Positions 20,011-27,765 of a stretch of 64,000 nucleotides of DNA are shown piece by piece. The stretch is taken from NCBI GenBank assembly GCA_017938885.1, contig JAGBAS010000116.1:2760-66759 (forward strand). The letters run 5' to 3'. Each line of letters starts with the position of its first letter. The stretch's first letter is position 1. The stretch comes from Clostridia bacterium. Lineage in GTDB: Bacteria > Bacillota > Clostridia > Oscillospirales > CAG-272. Under the pieces are notes generated by a model, which ran no database searches, had not been told where the DNA came from, and saw nothing but the letters and a program-made list of their open reading frames with translations. The position numbers and the translations under genes are program-made.

Positions 20011-20156
20011 TTGCCCTCTCACCCGCCTGCGGCGGGAGCTCCCCCAGAGGGGGAGCCTTTCGTGCCAAACTCCAAAGATCCCATTTGCCCTCAAGTGTTT
20101 TCCGCCGTCCCAAGGCTCCCCCTTTGGGGGAGCTCCGCGCAGCGGTGAGAGGGCAA
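20011..20156. repeat. Nested-palindrome intergenic element (REP/MITE-like)
   Basis: Imperfect ~45-49-bp inverted arms at 20011-20059 (ttgccctctcacccgcctgcggcgggagctcccccagagggggagcctt) and 20112-20156. Each arm contains its own small hairpins. Confidence 0.8.
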
Positions 20157-20264
20157 ATAACGCGGGCAAGCCACAAACATACCGTTTTAAACAGCCCGAC
20201 AAACCCAGATTAGAAATTCTCCTCCCACATCCGCTCCAACATGGACAAAATTTTCTCGATCCAC

Positions 20265-20293
20265 TTGCAAAATCCCATAAAATATGGTATAAT
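20265..20293 (+). promoter_or_regulatory. Sigma-A-type promoter (TTGCAA-17-TATAAT)
   Basis: ttgcaa at 20265-20270, a 17-nt spacer ending in tgg, and tataat at 20288-20293, upstream of the 20349 start. Confidence 0.65.
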
Positions 20294-20348
20294 AAAGACA
20301 GGAAGAGCATATTCTTGCTTGATACACCCCCACAAAGGAGGCTTGACT

Positions 20349-20954
20349 ATGAAAAAGCGCATCATCACCATCAGCCGCCAGTTCGGTAGCGGCGGACACT
20401 CCATCGCCAAGGCTGCCGCCGAGCGCATGGGTATCGCCTTTTACGACAACCAGCTCATCACCGAGGTCGCCCGACAGAGCGGACTTTCGGAGGAATTCAT
20501 CCGGGAGAACGAGGAGTACGCCTCCCATTCCAGCAGCTTTCTCTACCAGCTTGCCATGAGTACGGCGGGAACCTACGGTTACCCCTCGGTCTACCAGAAG
20601 CTCTACGAGGCCCAGACCAAGGTCATCCAGGAGATCGCCGACAAGGAGCCCTGCATCATCGTGGGTCGCTGTGCCGACTATATCCTGCGCGACCGTGCCG
20701 ACTGTCTCCACGTTTTCATCCATGCCGACAACGAGCACCGCGCCAAGCATATTCTGGAGAAGTACGGCCCCTCAGAGAAGACCATTTCCCAGCGCATCAA
20801 GGATAAGGACAACCGCAGACGGAACTACTACCGCTTCCACACCGACCGCGAGTGGGGTGTGGCGGCCAACTATCATTTGTCGCTCGACAGCGGTATGTTG
20901 GGAGAGGGACTTTGTGTGGATTTGATTTGCAAAGCGATGGAGAATGGAGATTGA
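20349..20954 (+). CDS. Cytidylate-kinase-like family (AAA/P-loop) protein
   Basis: SD AAAGGAGG before the ATG at 20349. N-terminus MKKRIITISRQFGSGGHSIAKAAAERMGIAFYD is typical of the family. Confidence 0.8.
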   Translation: MKKRIITISRQFGSGGHSIAKAAAERMGIAFYDNQLITEVARQSGLSEEFIRENEEYASHSSSFLYQLAMSTAGTYGYPSVYQKLYEAQTKVIQEIADKEPCIIVGRCADYILRDRADCLHVFIHADNEHRAKHILEKYGPSEKTISQRIKDKDNRRRNYYRFHTDREWGVAANYHLSLDSGMLGEGLCVDLICKAMENGD

Positions 20955-21011
20955 TCCCCTTATATACAGAACACCCACGGCGAAAAAACCGTGGGTGTTC
21001 TATTGCGTGGG

Positions 21012-21353
21012 TCAGTCCCTTTCCTGGTCGTAAGACGGTGCGCACATATGGCGCTGGTTGCAGTGGGGGCATTTCAGCACGCAGTGATCATTTGCGTGAA
21101 GGGAGAACAGGAGAACGGCGGAGGAGGGCTTGAATTTTCGGTTGCATCCGGGGCAGGTGAACCATACGCGTCGGGTATTTTTCAAGGCAGGAACAAGAAT
21201 GATGAGCAGAACCGCGCAAAGGAGGACCAGAATGACCCACCACGGAACCTCGTAGAGCGTGTCTCCGAAGCGGAGCTTACAGGCGGTAAGAAGAGGAACG
21301 AGGACAAGGAGTGAAAGCAGACGGATGTGTTTCACGGTGGTTTCTCCTTTCAT
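21012..21353 (-). CDS. Hypothetical membrane protein with C-terminal zinc ribbon
   Basis: Signal/TM segments are present. Cys pairs CPGCNRKF ... CPHCNQRH. Confidence 0.6.
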   Translation of the reverse strand: MKGETTVKHIRLLSLLVLVPLLTACKLRFGDTLYEVPWWVILVLLCAVLLIILVPALKNTRRVWFTCPGCNRKFKPSSAVLLFSLHANDHCVLKCPHCNQRHMCAPSYDQERD

Positions 21354-21359
21354 GGAAAG

Positions 21360-21764
21360 TCAGGACAGGCGATTTCCGCTGTCACGGCGGAGGGGGAAGC
21401 CAAAGGGATCGAAATTCTTTTTTAAAGCCCGTTCGGTGGCTATCACGGAGCCGATCATGGTCAGAATGGGGAGTACGCACAGCAGAGCACCCACGTAGCC
21501 TACGGTATCGGTGTCACGGCCAATCACGCAGAGCATGGCGATCAGTGCGATGGGGATCAGGATCAACCCGCTCCACAGCCATATTTTGCCGCAATATCTA
21601 TGGGCGAATACCCAGGTTTGTCGGCTCAGCATGGAGCGGCGGGTGCGGTAGCCGACAAGCAGATTGATATGATGCGGGGCTTTCTTGCGGAAAATCGTCC
21701 CGATTGTTGTCATGGTTATGGGCAGTAAAAGCGATAAGGCGAGCATATAGAACCAGAATAGCAT
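21360..21764 (-). CDS. SdpI/YhfL-family membrane protein
   Basis: SD GAGGAG upstream. Four TM helices. Motif INLLVGYRTRRSMLSRQTWVFAHRY is typical of SdpI-like proteins. Confidence 0.75.
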   Translation of the reverse strand: MLFWFYMLALSLLLPITMTTIGTIFRKKAPHHINLLVGYRTRRSMLSRQTWVFAHRYCGKIWLWSGLILIPIALIAMLCVIGRDTDTVGYVGALLCVLPILTMIGSVIATERALKKNFDPFGFPLRRDSGNRLS

Positions 21765-21898
21765 AGGAAATCTCCTCTGTGACGTTTCGGGTAGCTTTGT
21801 GATCCAGGAGCTTCACCTTCCCCGCCGGATCTTAATTACATTATACCACATAACGTAGGGTCCATGTCAAGTCTCTTTTTCAAAAAATCACGAAAAAA

Positions 21899-21920
21899 GG
21901 ACCCCGCCGGAGCGGGATCC
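21899..21920 (-). terminator. Rho-independent terminator of the SASP gene
   Basis: On the minus strand: ggatcccgc-tccg-gcggggtcc followed by ttttttcgtgatttttt. Confidence 0.85.
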
Positions 21921-21935
21921 CTGTAAAAGCAAGAC

Positions 21936-22148
21936 TTACTGATTCTGGTTCTTGCCGGCCAGACCGTTCTCGTAGGACTGGATCATCTTCTTGACCATCT
22001 GCCCGCCGATGGAACCGGCCTGAGCGGAGGTCAGCTGACCGTTGTAGCCCTGATTCAGGGTAACGCCGACCTCGTTGGCGGCTTCCATCTTGAACTGGTT
22101 GAGAGCCTGCTTAGCCTCGGGAACGAGGGTCTTATTGCTTCTTGCCAT
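21936..22148 (-). CDS. Alpha/beta-type small acid-soluble spore protein
   Basis: MARSNKTLVPEAKQALNQFKMEAANEVGV..LTSAQAGSIGGQMVKKMI. SD AAAGGAG before the ATG at 22148 (the ORF track starts at 22220). Confidence 0.9.
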   Translation of the reverse strand: MARSNKTLVPEAKQALNQFKMEAANEVGVTLNQGYNGQLTSAQAGSIGGQMVKKMIQSYENGLAGKNQNQ

Positions 22149-22548
22149 GGTAATTGACTCCTTTGTGTCTGAACTTGGGTGCTCAACTCCTACCTTCGCG
22201 CCTGCGACTCGGCACGTCAAGGGAACTGCGTCGGGCTTTAGCCTCGCGCCGCGTTACACGCATAATACGGAATCGCGTTTTCGTTTTGCTCGGAACCGCG
22301 TTCTCGCGTTGCTTGGAACGCCGTATGCCTTACGCCGCTGACTCGGCAGAAGTGTGGCGAATCTATATGATCGAGACTCCGAAGGACTCGCCGCGGCACT
22401 CCCTCGGAGTCTCCGTGTCTTGCGCCCTTCGCGTCTCTGGTATTATTGTGTTCTGTTTTCGGAGAAACATGAATGGGAAAATCAGGCATGGAGTTTTGTT
22501 TATGTTCATGGAAAATGCAATTTTCGTCTGTTCATCCTGCAAAAACCG

Positions 22549-22577
22549 TTGACTTTTTTCTTGTATTGTGTTATACT
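22549..22577 (+). promoter_or_regulatory. Sigma-A-type promoter (TTGACT-17-TATACT, TGn-extended)
   Basis: ttgact at 22549-22554, a 17-nt spacer, and tatact at 22572-22577, upstream of the RpiR gene. Confidence 0.65.
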
Positions 22578-22639
22578 AAATATGTATGCGATCATCTCGC
22601 AAAACCGAATTCGTTGGATCAAAGGACGGAAAACAGATC

Positions 22640-23503
22640 ATGAAACGTGACATCCTGCGCACCATAGAAGAGAATATGGACGGCTTTTCCAAGGGCCAGC
22701 GGCAGATCGCCCGCTACCTCCTTGCCCACTACGACAAGGCCGCCTACATGACCGCCGCTAAGCTGGGGTCAGAGGTCAGCGTGTCCGAGTCCACCGTGGT
22801 GCGCTTCGTGATGGAGCTGGGCTATGCGGGCTACCCCGAGTTTCAAAAGGCACTCCAGGAACTCATTCGCACCAAGCTTACCTCCTTTCAGCGCATGGAG
22901 GTCACGAATCACCTGATCGGTGACGGCGACGTGCTGGAGAAGGTGCTGAACACCAACGTGGACAACATCCGCCACACCCTGGAGAGCATCAGCCGCACTG
23001 CCTTCCGCGACGCTGTGGATGCCCTGGTCAAGGCTAAGAACATCTACATCATCGGCGTGCGCTCCTCGGCCATGCTGGCCAATTTCTTCAGCTACAGCCT
23101 TCAGATGATCTTCGATAACGTCCGCCTCATCGACACCACGGCGGGCAGTGAGCTGTTCCAGCAGATGATGGCCATCGGAGAGGGCGACGTCCTCTTCGCC
23201 ATCAGCTTCCCCCGCTACTCCAAGCGTGTCATCAAGGCGGTGGAGTTCGCTCGCCGCGCGGGAGCCGACGTGGTAGCCCTCACCGACTCACCCGAGTCCC
23301 CCATCGCACCCTCCGCTCAGCAGGTGCTCATCGCCCAGAGCGACATGGCCTCCTACGTGGATTCCCTGGTGGCTCCCTTGTCCTTGCTCAACGCCATCAT
23401 CGTGGCGGTCTCCCGCACCCGTGAGGACGAGGTCAGAGAGAGGCTTCAGAAGCTGGAGCATATTTGGGATGAGTACGATGTGTACGACAAGAACCAAGGG
23501 TGA
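22640..23503 (+). CDS. MurR/RpiR-family transcriptional regulator (HTH + SIS domain)
   Basis: HTH SKGQRQIARYLLAHYDKAAYMTAAKLGSEVSVSESTVVRF. SIS region IYIIGVRSSAMLANFF. Confidence 0.85.
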   Translation: MKRDILRTIEENMDGFSKGQRQIARYLLAHYDKAAYMTAAKLGSEVSVSESTVVRFVMELGYAGYPEFQKALQELIRTKLTSFQRMEVTNHLIGDGDVLEKVLNTNVDNIRHTLESISRTAFRDAVDALVKAKNIYIIGVRSSAMLANFFSYSLQMIFDNVRLIDTTAGSELFQQMMAIGEGDVLFAISFPRYSKRVIKAVEFARRAGADVVALTDSPESPIAPSAQQVLIAQSDMASYVDSLVAPLSLLNAIIVAVSRTREDEVRERLQKLEHIWDEYDVYDKNQG

Positions 23504-23526
23504 GTGTGCGTAGAACACAGGCTTGA

Positions 23527-23695
23527 GGGCGCACACATAGGTGCGCCCCTACCCCCGTTATCGAAACCGACGCATTCCGCCGACACGGTTGCCATCGGTA
23601 AGGGCATACATGGGGTGCGTCCTATCCCAATAGAGCGCTTCAATATACCCCTTTAAGACATTACCTCCGGTAGGGGCGCACCTATGTGTGCGCCC
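23527..23695. repeat. MITE-like element with 27-bp perfect terminal inverted repeats
   Basis: gggcgcacacataggtgcgcccctacc (23527-23553) and its exact reverse complement (23669-23695). Each arm is itself a hairpin (GGGCGCAC..GTGCGCCC). Confidence 0.85.
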
Positions 23696-23739
23696 GACAA
23701 CCGTATCCGAATATCATATGGAATCATAAGGAAAATTCT

Positions 23740-25020
23740 ATGTCCGATAAAAGAACCATCATGCGACGTGTCGCGATCATCGGCGGAGGAGCCGCAGGCC
23801 TCATGGCCGCCGCCTACGCCGCCGAGATTTGCGACCCCGATACCGACGAGATCCTGCTCATCGAGCAGAACGACCGCATGGGCAAGAAGCTCCGCATCAC
23901 GGGCAAGGGACGGTGCAACCTCACCAACGACTGCGACCGCGACGAGTTTTTGTCCAACGTCCCCACCAACCCCCGATTCCTCTACGCCGCCCTGGCGGGC
24001 TTTGATACCAAGGATACCCAAGACTACTTCGAGTCCCTGGGAGTCCCCCTCAAGGTGGAGCGGGGCAAGCGGGTCTTTCCCGTGTCCGACAAGGCGGGAG
24101 ACGTGGTGGAGGCTCTGGTCCGCCGTTGCCGCGAGCTGGGGGTCAAGACCCTCCGGGGCCGCGTGACCTCGGTCCATGCCGAGGAGGTGGACGGAAAGCC
24201 CACCGTCACCTCGGTCCGCGTAGGCGGGAAGGATATCCCCGTGGCCGCCGCCATCCTCTGTACGGGGGGCTGCTCCTACCCTGTGACCGGCTCCGACGGA
24301 AATGGCTACAAGCTGGCTGAGTCCCTGGGTCATACCATCGTCACCCCCAAGGCCTCCCTGGTGCCCCTGGTTTGCGAGGGCAAGCTTTGCGGACGCATGA
24401 TGGGTCTATCTCTCCGCAACGTCAGCCTGAAGGTGGTGGATACCGCCAAGAATAAGTGCATCTACGAGGACTTCGGGGAAATGCTCTTCACCCACTACGG
24501 CGTGACGGGCCCCCTGATCCTCTCGGCCTCCGCCCACATCCCCGACGTGGAATCGGGAAGGTATGAGCTGCATATCAACCTCAAGCCCGCTCTGGATGAC
24601 GCCGCCCTAGACGCCCGCATCCTATCGGACTTCAAGAAGTACGCCAACAAGGACTTCATCAACGCCCTCTCCGACCTCCTCCCCGTCAAGGCCATCGAGC
24701 CTGTGGTGGAGCTGACCGGCATCGACCCTCGGGTGAAGGTCAACGCCATCACCAAGGAGCAGAGACGCGCGCTGGTGTCCGTTCTCCACGATATCACCCT
24801 CCGCCCCATCCGCACCCGCCCCATCGCCGAGGCCATTGTCACCAAGGGCGGCGTCAAGGTCAGCGAGGTGGACCCCAAGACCATGGAGTCCAAGCTGGCC
24901 CGCGGCTTCTACTTTGCGGGGGAAGTGCTGGACGTGGATGCGTATACGGGTGGGTTTAACTTGCAGATCGCTTTCTCTACCGCAAGACTGGCGGCGCAGT
25001 CGGCGGTTTGGGGGGTTTGA
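23740..25020 (+). CDS. HI0933/YhiN-family NAD(P)/FAD-dependent flavoprotein
   Basis: Rossmann motif VAIIGGGAAGLMAA, then ITGKGRCNLTN, and C-terminal FAGEVLDVDAYTGGFNLQIAFST. Confidence 0.85.
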   Translation: MSDKRTIMRRVAIIGGGAAGLMAAAYAAEICDPDTDEILLIEQNDRMGKKLRITGKGRCNLTNDCDRDEFLSNVPTNPRFLYAALAGFDTKDTQDYFESLGVPLKVERGKRVFPVSDKAGDVVEALVRRCRELGVKTLRGRVTSVHAEEVDGKPTVTSVRVGGKDIPVAAAILCTGGCSYPVTGSDGNGYKLAESLGHTIVTPKASLVPLVCEGKLCGRMMGLSLRNVSLKVVDTAKNKCIYEDFGEMLFTHYGVTGPLILSASAHIPDVESGRYELHINLKPALDDAALDARILSDFKKYANKDFINALSDLLPVKAIEPVVELTGIDPRVKVNAITKEQRRALVSVLHDITLRPIRTRPIAEAIVTKGGVKVSEVDPKTMESKLARGFYFAGEVLDVDAYTGGFNLQIAFSTARLAAQSAVWGV

Positions 25021-25084
25021 GAGTTTGTTGAGAGAATAATAAATTGGGGTTTATCGAACAGTTTGAACCAAGAGAAAACCTTTT

Positions 25085-25284
25085 GTGTGACCCTCATCCG
25101 TCACGCCCTACGGGCGTGCCACCTTCCCCTTAGGGGAAGGCAAGACTATGAGGAAAGCTCTCTTTTCCTTGATTCATAAAGTAAAAACAAACTTTTGGCG
25201 GTAAGGGAGAGCGCCCATTCCCTCATGCCTGCCTTCCCCCGGGGGAAGGTGGCACGCCGCAGGCGTGACGGATGAGGGTCACAC
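25085..25284. repeat. Nested-palindrome intergenic element (REP/MITE-like), ~57-bp imperfect inverted arms
   Basis: Left arm 25085-25142 (gtgtgaccctcatccgtcacgccctacgggcgtgccaccttccccttaggggaaggca). Right arm 25230-25284 is its near reverse complement. Confidence 0.8.
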
Positions 25285-25412
25285 GGTCCATTTCCTCTCT
25301 GTTCTGTCAGTCCGACAAACCCAAATTTGAATTTCCATCAGTTTTTCTGAAAGAATTCCACAGAACATTTCGTCTTATATAGTGAAAACCACTACGTATA
25401 AGGAGGAACCTC

Positions 25413-25685
25413 ATGAAATCCAAATTAAAGCTCCTCCTGCTCTGGCTCGCCGTATTCGCCGCCTGCTTTGTCATCATATACTTAATTGTCTTTTTTGGCG
25501 GCGCGAAGCTCTTTGAGAGCGGAGACCCCATTCTGATTGAACTGGGAGCCGCGCTGATCCTTTCGGTGTTCGTATCCGTGATCCTCCATGCCATGGAGGC
25601 GCAGTCCAAGCGGATCGACGCATTGGAGAAGCGCGTGAAGAGGCTGGAGAAGCTGTCCGACCGTATTGATACCCTTGACAACTAA
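25413..25685 (+). CDS. Small membrane protein with C-terminal coiled coil
   Basis: SD TAAGGAGG upstream. Two TM helices are followed by KRIDALEKRVKRLEKLSDRIDTL. Confidence 0.65.
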   Translation: MKSKLKLLLLWLAVFAACFVIIYLIVFFGGAKLFESGDPILIELGAALILSVFVSVILHAMEAQSKRIDALEKRVKRLEKLSDRIDTLDN

Positions 25686-25710
25686 CTCAATGAATCATAA
25701 GGAGTCCATC

Positions 25711-26406
25711 ATGCCTCACATCCAAATCGCCATCGACGGCCCCAGCGGAGCCGGTAAGTCCTCTCTCTCCAAGGCCGTGGCCCGCGCCCTCGGCATCATC
25801 TACGTGGATACGGGTGCCCTCTACCGCACCGTGGGCTATTACGCCCGCGAAATCGGCCTCCCCGCCGGCAAGGTTGAGATCGCCCCCATCGTCTCCCACC
25901 TGCACGAGATCACCATTGAGGTGAAGTATGAAAACGGCGTCCAGTGCGTCTATCTCAATGGCGAGAACCTGGGCGACCGCATCCGCTCCTCGGATATGTC
26001 CATGTACGCCTCCGCTGTCTCCGCCGTCCCCGAGGTCCGCGCGTACCTTTTGGATACCCAGAAGGATATCGCCGCCAAGAACTCGGTCATCATGGACGGC
26101 CGCGATATCGGAACCGTCATTCTCCCTGATGCCGACGTAAAGATCTTCCTCACAGCCTCCAATGAAGTCCGCGCCCGCCGCCGCGTCAAGGAGCTGGCTG
26201 AGAAGGGTATGCCCGACACCTACGAGAATGTCCTGGCCGACATGATCCGCCGCGACGAGCAGGATCGCAGCCGTGATGTGGCTCCCGCCATCGCCGCCCC
26301 CGACGCTATTCATTTTGATAACTCCTACGAGGGCTTCGACGAGGCCGTGGAGGCTCTGCTGGCCGTGATCCGTGAGGGGCTTACCAAGAAAGGGAAGGAG
26401 ATCTGA
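25711..26406 (+). CDS. cmk: Cytidylate kinase
   Basis: IAIDGPSGAGKSSLSKAVARALGIIYVDTGALYR and MDGRDIGTVILPDADVKIFLTAS. SD AAGGAG before 25711. Confidence 0.95.
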   Translation: MPHIQIAIDGPSGAGKSSLSKAVARALGIIYVDTGALYRTVGYYAREIGLPAGKVEIAPIVSHLHEITIEVKYENGVQCVYLNGENLGDRIRSSDMSMYASAVSAVPEVRAYLLDTQKDIAAKNSVIMDGRDIGTVILPDADVKIFLTASNEVRARRRVKELAEKGMPDTYENVLADMIRRDEQDRSRDVAPAIAAPDAIHFDNSYEGFDEAVEALLAVIREGLTKKGKEI

Positions 26407-26408
26407 CC

Positions 26409-27053
26409 GTGAGTAAGACCGAAAAAAGAAAGCCCGTCAAGCCCATCAGCGGGCTCTACCGGGTGGTGAAATTCACCTTGACCTACCCCGTCCGCTTCCT
26501 GTGCCACATGAAAGTCAGAGGGGCCGAGAACGAGCCCACCCCCGACCAGGGTACCTATCTGGTCATCGCCAATCACCGCACCTGGGCGGATCCCATCTAT
26601 CTTTGCTGTGCCCTCAGACACCAACAGCCCCATTTCATGGCTAAGAAGGAGCTGTTCAAGATCCCCCTTCTGAATCTGCTGATCCGAGCTCTGGGAGCCT
26701 ATCCCGTCAACCGGGGCGGTGCTGACGTGGGGGCTGTCAAGCGTACCATCGAGATGCTTAAAGCAGGCGTCTGCGTGGGGATGTTCCCTCAGGGGCACCG
26801 CTACAACGGCGTGGATCCCCGCACCACTCCGGTCAAGACCGGAGCGGCTATGATCGCCCTCAAGGCCGGCGTACCGGTTCTGCCCGTGTTCGTCAAGGTC
26901 AAGGACAACAAGCATTTCTTCCTTTGCAAAAAGGAAGTGATCGTGGGTAAGCCCATAACCCCGGAGGAAATGAATTACAACCCCGAGGCTCCCGGCGAGT
27001 ACCAGAGAGTCGCGGACTACCTCTTCGAGCGTGTCTGCGAGCTGGGGGACTGA
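26409..27053 (+). CDS. plsC: 1-acyl-sn-glycerol-3-phosphate acyltransferase (lysophospholipid acyltransferase family)
   Basis: Acyltransferase HX4D motif NHRTWADP. Also FPQGHR and the GAAMIALKAGVPVLPV block. Confidence 0.85.
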   Translation: MSKTEKRKPVKPISGLYRVVKFTLTYPVRFLCHMKVRGAENEPTPDQGTYLVIANHRTWADPIYLCCALRHQQPHFMAKKELFKIPLLNLLIRALGAYPVNRGGADVGAVKRTIEMLKAGVCVGMFPQGHRYNGVDPRTTPVKTGAAMIALKAGVPVLPVFVKVKDNKHFFLCKKEVIVGKPITPEEMNYNPEAPGEYQRVADYLFERVCELGD

Positions 27054-27059
27054 TCCGCT

Positions 27060-27728
27060 ATGGATATCCAAGTCTATCTGAGCCGCTTGATGGGCGGGCT
27101 GACCCATACCTTCGGTGACCGCCTGCTCTACGTGGGATTGCAGGGAAGCTACCTGCGGGGTGAGGCCACCGAGACCAGCGATATTGACGTGATGGTCATA
27201 TTTGATGAAATTGATGCCTCCACGCTGGACACCTACCGTGAGCTATAGATCTCGGTAGGGGACTACGACCGCTCCTGCGGCTTTGTCTGTAGTCGGGAAG
27301 ATATGGCGGCATGGAATACCCCGGAGGTGTGCCATCTGCTCCATACCACACGGGATCTCTACGGCCGTCTGGCTGATTTCGTGCCCGCCTATACGCGGGA
27401 GGACGTGATCCAATACGTCAAGGTCAGCGTCGGGAACCTCTACCACGAGCTGTGCCATCGGTATATCCACGCCTCCCGCGAAACGAATCAAAGCCATCTG
27501 CCCATGACCTGTAAGGCGGTGTTCTTCATTCTGCAGAATGTCCACTACCTGAAAACGGGGAGCTTCGTAGCCACCAAAAAGGAGCTTTTGGAGGCACTGG
27601 AGGGGGATGATCGGGAGATCCTGGCCCTGTCCCTGCGGCTTTCGGAGGGGGAATCCCTGGATTTCGACAATGCCTTCGCGGGGCTTCTGCGCTGGTGCCA
27701 AGGGACTTTGACCCAATGGAGCCAATGA
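27060..27728 (+). pseudogene. Nucleotidyltransferase-domain protein interrupted by one in-frame TAG (27246-27248)
   Basis: The 27060-27248 and 27303-27728 ORFs share one frame. Reading through gives ..LDTYREL*ISVGDYDRSCGF... N-terminal NTase motif GLQGSYLRGEATETSDIDV. Confidence 0.7.
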
Positions 27729-27765
27729 AGGAAAGCACCCACCGAAACCCAATAAGGAGTACACC

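Noticed and set aside
19943-20389. Several 60-150-aa ORFs on both strands across the cysK-downstream repeat region.
   Set aside because: They are translations of the nested-palindrome element (mirror peptides on both strands), without SDs. The real downstream gene starts at 20349.
27246-27248. In-frame TAG as pyrrolysine or programmed recoding.
   Set aside because: No pyl genes or PYLIS-like context are visible in the window. A nonsense mutation or sequencing error is the simpler explanation.
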